64,000 nt of DNA, from assembly GCF_022045235.1 (NCBI RefSeq), contig NW_027266275.1:68386001-68450000 (forward strand). Reading direction: 5' to 3'. This document shows, one piece after another, positions 36,153 through 45,724 of the stretch. The translations under genes and the position numbers were made by a program. Source of the stretch: Haliotis cracherodii (Eukaryota). The notes under the pieces are model-generated. The model was not told where the DNA came from. It saw only the letters and a program-made list of their open reading frames with translations, and did no database searches. The number at the start of each line of letters is the position of its first letter. The first letter of the stretch is position 1.

Positions 36153-38435
36153 GGCAACAATGCTTTGAAAACGGTGCTCTCTTGCAACGCGTAACAACAC
36201 AGGTACACAGGTCCGCAATTATAGAACATTGCGAAAAGTGGTCACAGGTAGTTATATATGTAACAATTATTATCAAAGTTGAAGATTAAAAACACCATAG
36301 TCGTGAGTAGTTCAAAATAAGTGTTCAAAACACATAGTTTTTCAAAAGAAGTTGACAAATAACACTCTAAAAATTAGTCCAAAGACAGCTGTTTTAATTT
36401 CTACCAACCTTCTGTACACTGTTGTACACTGTGGACTCACGGTTTTAAAATGCTAAACGAATATATTTTTACAACAAACTTTTTGAATTAACATTCTCCT
36501 ATGCATTTAACATGTGTAAGTGTTATTAGTTAGTTAGCAATTACCCCCAGTAAACTATATTAACATCAAAATATATGCCTCTCCACCCCGACCCTGGATG
36601 TGGCAGAACTTGACCTACATCACGTTTACTCACACCTGGCAGCTGTCAATGGCTGACAATCTTGTGCTTACATTCTCCGTTGCTAGTAAAATGAAGCAAG
36701 ATGACAACCCCGATCTATGATATGGTTCAACATTAACCTGTAGATTTACTGGGAATGGTCGAGCCTGCAGGTACAAAATGATTACCAATGCAACTGAGTA
36801 TGACTGAACAGCCGCTTTTTAGCCTGCCGACGAGCCGGACATTTTGACACGAGGTAGGTCCTATCTCTGTATCTGCATGGTGTGACCTGTCAATTTCAAG
36901 ATTTCATGGATCCAAAGCCAGATAGTGACAGACCTTAGATATTAGCGGCCCAGAAATAGTGGTTCATATATGATTTTCTTTATTGTGCGTGTTCTGAAAT
37001 GAATTTCATCAAGTTTGATAAGCTGTCACTTCAGTTGGGACATTGTTTTCGTGGACGTTCGAAGGGGAGTGTTTTCTGATGGACTTTCAAATCCCCTCCT
37101 GTCAAATTCTAACGGTGGTGGTTGATGGAGATTGCAACACATATCGATCACAAAAAGGTTTGTAAACAACATGTTGTCATGAATAAAATTTCTTCATACA
37201 GTTTGTATAATGTTATATTTTACTTTCATTATCAGTTGTTTCAATGAGGAAATAGCTAAAATTGTACCGATTCTGGTCACCATAGAACATTTCCCAAACA
37301 GTTTCATGAACATTTCATGTGTATGCAAAAGATATGCTACATATCTTTCCTGATTATCAAAAAATGGTGGTGGTACGATACTTTTGACGAGGTGTATATT
37401 TGGCTCAGTTTCAATGTACATAAATTCACATACTCTGTTCATGGTCTTGCATACTTGAAACGCTTGTGTGTGTCTGATTCTGCAGGAAAGGCCTCTCTTA
37501 TTATATTCGCAAAACATGCAGGATAAACGTTTCCACATTTTAAGGAATTCTTTGGTAAAATAGACTTAGCATTGAAAATCTTCTGTACACTTAGTGGAAT
37601 AAGGTTCTCTGAAATCCTCAAAGTGAGGAACAGCTAACTACAAGCCAGTCACCCCACCCCCCACCACCCCCACCCCACCCCCCAAAAAAACTCCCGCTAT
37701 CAGCAGGGGTCCTCTTGCCAGCTTCCCTGGTGTGTCATAGCTGATTAATGACCACAAGCTCTTCTGTTACAGACGACGTGTGTGTGTCCAGAAAATAATT
37801 CTCTGCTTTTAAAATATTGATCTTTGGTTATTTTCAACCACTTTCGAAACATTTAAATGATCTGCAGATTAAAAAAAGATGTTGGTCAACTTGTAGATAA
37901 CCCATTTAAATTTAGATTTATTGTTTGTAACACAAAGGCTTTATTAATGCTTTCAAAAGCAGGCAAGACATATTACAAAGTATAACTCTCTTGCCATGAA
38001 ACATTTATACAGTTGGTTGTGTATGAAAATATCAAAAGTACAGTAGACATTGATGAATAATTAAAACAAATGTTCATAATTTACAAATCAAGTGGGTTTT
38101 TTATATGAAGCAGAAACAGTATATACTAACTGGATTCAACATTTGGCATAATAAGAAATATCTTTAAAGAGCTATAGCGTGTTCATAAACCTGCAGGTGC
38201 AATGTACATCATGTTACTGCCCAGTACTTCAAAGCACGTGGTGCACGTGGTGCACGTGGTATTCTGGTACAGTCATGTAGATGCGAGAAGTTCAGTTAAA
38301 ACAAACTGTATAGGAATAGTTTCATATTCGTTTTCCTTTCATGTAAATACCATAGTCACCCCTATTTTTTTTCACTTTGATGGTTAAGTTTGGGGTAAAA
38401 CGAACCATCTTGTCGTCAGTTTGATGTCGAATGGT

Positions 38436-39635
38436 TTATAAATAACTCTTTTCATCAACATAAATCTTCCAAATGAACATATTAAAGGGCGCCGTGGCAT
38501 TAAAATCCATTGTATTCTGAAGGAAACTAGCCAGTTTATTTACTGTAAACCAGAGGTAGCCATTGGTGTCAAAAGCAAAGCTGTCAACCCATTGCATGTT
38601 CAAGTCATCTTTTGCCACCACAGTCTGTGTTGTCAGGGTAACGTCGTCAACAGATGCTGCCATGGCTATGTCCTTGGTGAAGTCCCATTTGTAGACAGCA
38701 TTCAAACCCAACGCCCCGTAAAACAAACTTTTATTTCCAGATATCATGCCTCCCGTCTGGGAAACTTTGCTTCCAAGGTTTTTCACAGATCTGCTGATGT
38801 CTTCATTTTCTTGCGCAAGCACTGACGTGGGAACACGGTAAAGTTTCATGGATGCCAAGGAACAATAGTAAAGATACCGTGTATCGGGAGAAAGAGCAAT
38901 GCCATCTATCGGTATATCTGTCTTAAATTGAGTGTGGTCAAAGTCGACCATACTCGGTGGACCACTCTCTGCTGCCATGCTCTTGTGTGCAAATGTGTAC
39001 GATTTGTCCTTTAGGAAATCATAAACAACTAGTCTGGCTGTTCCTGCATCCGTGATGTAAGCATAAGCAGGTTTTCCTGAAATTTTATGAACCACGATGT
39101 CATTCAGGAACGTCAGCATCTTTGGCGCGACGACTTCAGGAAAATGATGAACTCGAATAACCTTGTCCGTGTTTATATCGTAGATAACTAGCTTAGGGGG
39201 ACATACGTACTGCCCCGGGTCGGCGATTGAGTGTAAGCCAGTGTCAATAATCCACATCCATCCAGTTGAAGGATCAATCTCAAGACTCTGAGAGTACTGG
39301 ATAGCTGAGCAGTCACCCACTGTCTGCATGGACCAACTGGGGAAGGGTCTAAGGATTGCCTCCCCGTCCTTCTCCACTACTACATTGAGGGTAGACGGAA
39401 CCCCTTTCCGCCATCGAGGAACCGTCACGTACACACTTTCATTGTAAATCTTAATGCCTGAGATTAGATTATTTGTGATGATGAAACTTCCATTTTTGAT
39501 GAATTCCTGTTTGACTGAACTGTTTGGCCATTCATAGTCTACAGCATGCCACTTATACACAATAGCGGAATCCACCAACCTGTTTCCAAGAAGTGCGATC
39601 AGGAGGATTTTGCATGTAGACATGCTTACAGTCAT
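38436..39635 (-). CDS. Yellow/MRJP family secreted protein, copy 3 (399 aa, intronless)
   Basis: Uninterrupted ORF, very similar to copy 2; FLNDIVV, IDGIALSPD, WVDSFAFD. Confidence 0.94.
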   Translation of the reverse strand: MTVSMSTCKILLIALLGNRLVDSAIVYKWHAVDYEWPNSSVKQEFIKNGSFIITNNLISGIKIYNESVYVTVPRWRKGVPSTLNVVVEKDGEAILRPFPSWSMQTVGDCSAIQYSQSLEIDPSTGWMWIIDTGLHSIADPGQYVCPPKLVIYDINTDKVIRVHHFPEVVAPKMLTFLNDIVVHKISGKPAYAYITDAGTARLVVYDFLKDKSYTFAHKSMAAESGPPSMVDFDHTQFKTDIPIDGIALSPDTRYLYYCSLASMKLYRVPTSVLAQENEDISRSVKNLGSKVSQTGGMISGNKSLFYGALGLNAVYKWDFTKDIAMAASVDDVTLTTQTVVAKDDLNMQWVDSFAFDTNGYLWFTVNKLASFLQNTMDFNATAPFNMFIWKIYVDEKSYL

Positions 39636-39741
39636 GAGTTGGACTGTCTGGGTTGGTCACACTCGCAGACTGGGTTGGTGCCATCTGCTGTGGGCCCATA
39701 TCTTATCTATTAGCTGCTGAATGTTATTCTGAAATAAACTA

Positions 39742-40503
39742 TATACAAAGAAATAAGTTAAGCACCACTGGAAATATTAACACTGACCTATCCCTAATCG
39801 CAACAACAGTAAATTTCGTGATGAATAAGTTAAGAATAGTGTTCCGTGGAACAGTCTAATGGCAATTATGACGTCTCGTCGCAGCACGACATGCACGTGC
39901 AGGATGCCACCCATTTTTTTCAAAACGCAGTATCTTTACCTCGCAATTGTGAGAACTTACTGTCTTGCATTGTTGAAGCATTCTGTGAACATGGCACGAA
40001 GAAGGTTATCAGATGTGCAAAGGTGGCTTATGGCATGACAGACATGACCTACAAAAGCATATGACGTCAACTAGGGTATCATTACACCGTAATAAGCAGA
40101 CTGGTACGAAACACGGGCAAACCAATGCGGTACAGAATCTCCCACGATCAGAAATACTTCAAATGAGAGTTTACCCGCGATTGATGATTTGTGTCAAGAA
40201 TGTCATCCTTGGACAGAAAATTACATTTTTCATCATCCATGTGATGTGGAATTGTGTTCCAGAGTCTGCACCTCCATACTTATTGTGGTTAACGTTTTTG
40301 CACTAATACAGTTTTTGTTAGAATTATGATTAAAATCTTAAAACAGGATAAACTTTTTATGTTTTCTTATTGTCAGGGGTGTCTTCTTCCAAACCACATT
40401 AATTTTTCCCAGGTTATGTAAACAGGGTTTCAACCTCAACGCTTGTACGACTGACCAATCATTGTAAAACATATATGTGGTGCTTAACTTTTTTCGTTGT
40501 GTA
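39742..40503 (+). mobile_element. Internally deleted Tc1/mariner element upstream of yellow copy 3
   Basis: TIR TACAAAGAAATAAGTTAAGCACCAC / CACAACGAAAAAAGTTAAGCACCAC, TA TSD; frameshifted HTH remnant VISRLV..GQTNAVQNLPRS; empty site aactattttcag seen upstream of copy 1. Confidence 0.85.
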
Positions 40504-41143
40504 TATTTTCAGTACCATTGTCGAAATGTTGTTTTATCTCCAGGGGTATGAGACTAACACTGTGTGGTGTTGATTGCCTCAAATTTAGAATTCTAAAATC
40601 ATCACGATAAAAGTATCTATGAACTCATCATACAAAAAGACAGGGGTGGATGTTTGCTTGGATCTAATAAATCACAAACACACGAAGCCTCCATTATAAC
40701 TCGATCGTGGATTAGAATTCCAGAATTGCCCTGATTACGATTCTCTGGTTGTCAGAACGAGATTCGTATTCGTTGGTTCCACCGAAGTGATAAACCTCTA
40801 CGACCTGCATCACTTCGTGAATTCCTCCCACCCTAAGCTGACACACCGTAAAGTAACTTAACTACTGTTCAAAGTGGTCTCATACCAAACTCAATCTCTA
40901 TAAAGAAAGGGAAAATAAACTCAGAGATACTGCAGAGATTGTCGGCCTCCTCTTCCATTTGCCTATTTTCAGCTACAAACGTTCAGGGAAAGCCTATTGC
41001 TGTACTATATATTACACGTATAATCTAAAGCACCCAAATTGAACTGCATAAATAATTATAGAAAAGAGTCCCTTGGGGCTACTTTTATTGCAGTGATGTC
41101 TGTATTGATACATAGTACATGCAAAAATATTCAATACAAAGCT

Positions 41144-42337
41144 TCAGTTGGTTCCAAGGTACCCATTGTCGTCCAAATATAGTTTCCATATGAACATGTT
41201 AGGATTGGAGAAGTTCATCGTTTGACCAAAGAAGCTTCCAAGATTATTCGCTGTGAACCAGAGTGAACCTTCATTGTCGAAACCAAAGGTGTCGACCCAT
41301 TTCATCCGCTGGTCATCATGAGCAACCATAACCTGAGAGGTCAAAGTTATGTCATCCGGTCCCCCCGCCATGTTCTGATCCTTCATGAAATTCCATTGGT
41401 ACACACCGTTTGAACTAAGCGCACTATAATACATGAACTTCTTCCCAAATGCCATACCATCAGACTGAGATTGTTTAACACCGACTTTGTGGACAGATTG
41501 CTGGAACAGGCCTTTAGGGTTGGAGAGAACAGTTGTGGGAATTCGGTACAAGCTCGTACCTGCTAAAGCAGAGTAATACACGTACCTGAAGTCAGGTGAC
41601 ATGGCAATGCCATCTATGGGAACTGTCTGTGGGTAGGACTTGTTGTCAATATGAACAATAGAAGTTGGTGGAGATTCTGCTAACATACTGCTGTCAGCAA
41701 AACTGAAAGATTTGTCAGACCGGAAGTCGTAGGTCACTATACGTGCTTGTCTAGCATCACTGATGTACGCAAGGGCAGCTTGACCAGCCACTCGGTGGAG
41801 GACGATGTCGTTCAGGAAGGAGGACCTTGCTGCAACATGATCAGGGAAGTAATGGGTGCGGACTACACGTCTACGGTTGATGTCGTAGATGATAAGTTTA
41901 GGAGGGCAGATCGTCTCTCCGGCATCAGCAATTCTTCCAATTCCAGTGTCAATGATCCACATCCATCCCGTCAAGGGGTCTATCTCCATGCTCTGGGAGT
42001 ACTGGATGGCGGTGCAGTCCCCTACAGTCTGCATGGACCAGCTGGGGAAGGGTCTGAGGATGTGTTTCCCGTGTTTCTCAGTGACGACATTCAGCGTAGA
42101 AGCCACACCTTTCTTCCATCTAGGAACTGTGACGTACACGCTACCGTTGTACACCTTCACGCCGGCGATGAGGTTATTTTCGAGCACAAAACTGCCATTC
42201 TTGATAAACTCCTGTTTCACACGGTCACTCGGCCAGTCATACTCTAATGATGTCCATTGGTACACCAGTGATGAATGACCAACTCTTTGACCAAAGGTGT
42301 TTACAAGACACAGACCAAGGATTATCAAGCTGAACAT
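41144..42337 (-). CDS. Yellow/MRJP family secreted protein, copy 4 (397 aa, intronless, most divergent)
   Basis: First ATG at 42337 (the track start at 42367 is TTG); signal peptide MFSLIILGLCLVNTFG; VPRWKKGV, MWIIDTG, FLNDIV, IDGIAMSPD, SQSDGM, WVDTF; AATAAA at 41084-41089. Confidence 0.94.
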   Translation of the reverse strand: MFSLIILGLCLVNTFGQRVGHSSLVYQWTSLEYDWPSDRVKQEFIKNGSFVLENNLIAGVKVYNGSVYVTVPRWKKGVASTLNVVTEKHGKHILRPFPSWSMQTVGDCTAIQYSQSMEIDPLTGWMWIIDTGIGRIADAGETICPPKLIIYDINRRRVVRTHYFPDHVAARSSFLNDIVLHRVAGQAALAYISDARQARIVTYDFRSDKSFSFADSSMLAESPPTSIVHIDNKSYPQTVPIDGIAMSPDFRYVYYSALAGTSLYRIPTTVLSNPKGLFQQSVHKVGVKQSQSDGMAFGKKFMYYSALSSNGVYQWNFMKDQNMAGGPDDITLTSQVMVAHDDQRMKWVDTFGFDNEGSLWFTANNLGSFFGQTMNFSNPNMFIWKLYLDDNGYLGTN

Positions 42338-42498
42338 TGTGTTTGTATGTAACACAGGATCACACAATGACTTGAGTCTATGAAATCGTTATCAGCCCCT
42401 GTGTTGTAGGTCAGTGGATCCCGAGAAACGTGTTGTTTTGTCATGTTTCCAGTTTATTATATCGCTCTTTCCCATTCGTTGTTATAGCTCCGTTTTGG

Positions 42499-43110
42499 AG
42501 TGAGTGAGTTTGGTTTAACATTATTCCAGTTATATCACGGCGTGAAAGTTAAAATAAGAGCTAAGACCGAAGTGATGCAGCTCTCAGACGCTTACCACGA
42601 CGCTGAACCCCACCAGCCTAGAATCCTAATCGGGGCAAACCAGGATTTTAACCACTTATCATGTGTTTCTGGCGTGTCCAGGGACGCACCTCTGTACAGC
42701 GAATTGTGGCGTCTCAGACGACTGGACCACCCTGTACTCCAGCTCCGTCCAGGAAGAGATTGAGTATGGTTTTACGCCGCTTTTAGCAATATTCCAGCAA
42801 TATCACGGCAGAGGACACCGAAATGTGCTTCACACAATGTGGGAAATTGAACCTGGGTCTTAGGTGGTACGAGGCAACGCTTTAACCACCAACCCCTGTC
42901 CAGGAAGTGACAGCTCAACAATATCAGCAGCTTTCCACAGAACTTCTCCCGCAGACGCATTTCAAATCAACCAATCAAAATGAGTTTGAACAGCGGTGTG
43001 TCAGCGTGATGTGTGAGGAAAGCCAGATGTGATGCAGGTCTCAAACATTTACTATTTCGATGAAACAAACGAGCACCGATATCGCGCTGACACACTTGAA
43101 ACCATAATCA
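42499..43110 (-). mobile_element. Run of SINEs: C (42499-42735), A (42760-42897), C fragment (42985-43110)
   Basis: Homology to full-length copies elsewhere in the window. Confidence 0.75.
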
Positions 43111-43384
43111 GAGAGATAACAATAATGGTTTGTCTTTTGAAATCCGATAGGAATTCCTATTTCACAATGTCTTTCGAAAAGTTGCATCTTCTTGTGATTT
43201 GTAGAGAAGTGGAAATACATTATTCACCGTTTTGCAAGGAAATTGTTCATCTGGGACAGGAAGCCCCGTGTATCGAACAGATTTTGCGTCCATAATTTTA
43301 AATGAACACTGACATTTTGATTATAGCTTAAACAGTCCTTTCGTGAGAAGGTATGCAGGTATGCAGCAGAGCTCACATTTCTAA

Positions 43385-43742
43385 GGTGAGGTGAGGTGAA
43401 ATTTGGTTTAACGTCGCGTCCAAGATTATTGCACTTATATAGCGACGTGCATGTACGTGTATGTGTTTGTGTGTCTGCTTGTACTAGCCCGGACTGATGC
43501 CGATTTATAGCGCTAGCTCACTGAGATACCATGCCGCAGTTTAACATGGATACCCCACTCAGACACAGTATACTGACTCCGAGCCGACCAGTCCTTGTTT
43601 TAGCCCCTTAATGCCGAGCGCCAGACAGGGTAACAACAAGTACCATCTTTTAACGTCTTTTGGTATGACGCGGCCGGGTATCGAACCCCGGACCTTCCGC
43701 TCTCCGGGCGGACGCTCTACCACTAGACCACGGAGGCGGTCC
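43385..43742 (-). mobile_element. SINE family D, full length
   Basis: TSD cacatttctaa. Confidence 0.92.
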
Positions 43743-44270
43743 CACATTTCTAAATGGAGAACACGGTAATGTTCAACACTCTACCTGTGTGTCTCACATC
43801 ACAATGTAAATGTCAGCAGAAAGCAAAAAAAACAAATTCCTATATGAAAAGAAATTTATACTGATAGCGGAGTCCTTTGCCGCGGTATTAAATGTCCAGG
43901 TTTTAGCTTGAACTATCTATTCTAACGTTTTTTGTCGATTCAAGGGTATGATTTCAGTCGTCGAAGGCCTTTCCTGACGTCATTTGAATGTTATTTATAT
44001 GGGTACAAGACGTTATTGTATTAATTTTAAAAATAATTTTAAGAAAGAAATTGTGGTTGACTTAAAACAACTTGAAATAATTATTTTGTAAGAGTTTCAT
44101 TGTAATTTGGCCTTTGCATATTGTCAAGGAAAATAAATAATACTCATTAAAAAGTCATTAATATACGTTTTATATACGGATATATGGCAACATTCTCTCC
44201 CTTCCAGCAGCCACATATAAATGTCTTCACATGCATCATGAAGAAAAGAACACATATGTAATCAAAACAG

Positions 44271-44276
44271 TTTATT
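44271..44276 (-). terminator. Candidate distal polyadenylation signal of the BAIAP2-like gene
   Basis: AATAAA followed by U/GU-rich downstream element (tgtgttcttttcttc), at the edge of the CpG-poor domain. Confidence 0.4.
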
Positions 44277-44732
44277 CTAACTTTTGATGTTGTCTTAACA
44301 GAAAAATGTATGAAACATAATTTTTAACAAATATATCAATTTCATAATTACAACCTAAATCCGAACTATTTGGTCAAACTTTATGTATATCAAGTTCTAT
44401 CGATGGTGAACAAGAACACAGTTAAATCTGTAACATCTCCACAGAGTAACTCATCCCATCATTCATCAGTTGAACATAGACTGGACATTAACCACTGTCA
44501 GAGATGGGATTTTGAAACAATTGCATTACATTCATTTTACAGATCATCTTTAAATGTACAAAAGTTAACTTTCAACTGTTTGATTTGGGAAACATCAACA
44601 CTTCCTACATGCTCTTTCCAAAGGATCAAACACAATATTTTATCAACAGATTATTTTCTTTAAACTCCCTTCAACACATCCTTAAGAATCAAAAACTGAA
44701 ATCCATAGCATTATGAACATGTTACATAAAGG

Positions 44733-45511
44733 GTGGTTGGTTGGTTGGTTTGTTGTTTTATGCCGCATTCAAGACTATTCCAGCTATGTGACAGTGGTCT
44801 GTAAACAATCGAGTCTGGACCAGACAATCCAGTGATTGACGTCATGAGCATCGATCAACGCAATTGGGATATGATGACATGCTTCAACCAAGTCAGCGAT
44901 CCTGACCACCCGATCCTGTTAGTCATGAAAGTGGTAAGTGAGGAGTCGCCACTGCTCTGTCTAGTATTTCAGTTACTAGTATATCACTGCATAACAGCTA
45001 AGTGTAGGGGTGAGTTTGTTCTACCCCGATTTTAGCAATATTCCAGTAATATTGCCGTGGCAAGTCCACAAATGAAATTCACACTTTGTACCCATGTGGG
45101 GAATGAACCACAGCCTATGGGATGATGAGTGAACACTGCAACCGGAAGTGATGAAGCTCTTGGATGTTTAGCACTGCAGTGAAACCTATGAGAAGAAATA
45201 TGATGCTGACAAACCACGGAGCATAAAGGCTGAGAATCTGTGAAATCCTGTGGCGGCAAAGAGATGTAACTAAGCACAACAAATTCTGGTAAATTGGAGG
45301 GTAGAGAATTGAGGCAAAATTTAAGAAATAAAAGGCGTTTGTTGTGTTCAAAGGTTGATCAAACAAACAAACCAATTTTGATGACAATAGATTTTTTGTT
45401 ATCACAGTATGTTTTTCTGAGGTTTTCTGTTTAAAATATATGCAATATGACAAATGTGGCCTGGAAACGTGCATTGAACAAGCAATATAAGACTAGTTAC
45501 ACTGAAAGTGA

Positions 45512-45544
<33 letters not shown>

Positions 45545-45724
45545 TGATGATGATGATGATGAGTTGAGCGAGTGAGTGAGTATTGTTTAATGCCCTTTTA
45601 GCTAAATTCAAGCAATATCAAGTTGGGGGGAAACCAAAAATGAGCTTCCCACATTGTCCCACGTGGGGAATCAAACACAACATGACAACTTTACGTTTTA
45701 ACCACAAGGCTACCCAACTGCCCC
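44733..45724 (-). mobile_element. Decayed SINE B (44733-44925) and SINE A copies (45010-45150, 45566-45724), plus (GCT)n(GAT)n at 45510-45560
   Basis: Homology to family copies, with several CpG>TpG changes in the SINE A copies. Confidence 0.7.

Noticed and set aside
36160-37620. Possible coding remnant (e.g. recombinase) beside the 35979 hairpin
   Set aside because: No recognisable motifs in the short frames; needs a translated HMM search.
28020-42278. Plus-strand ORFs overlapping the yellow genes (28020, 38592, 41747, 41889)
   Set aside because: Antisense shadows of the real CDSs; not conserved in extent between paralogues.
28035-42337. Bacterial contamination as the source of the intronless yellow ORFs
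   Set aside because: They are interleaved with host SINEs, LINEs and Tc1 elements, have poly(A) signals, are kilobases apart, and are contiguous with spliced host genes.
42338-42367. N-terminal extension MCDPVLHTNT of yellow copy 4
   Set aside because: The track starts at TTG; the first ATG (42337) gives a clean signal peptide.
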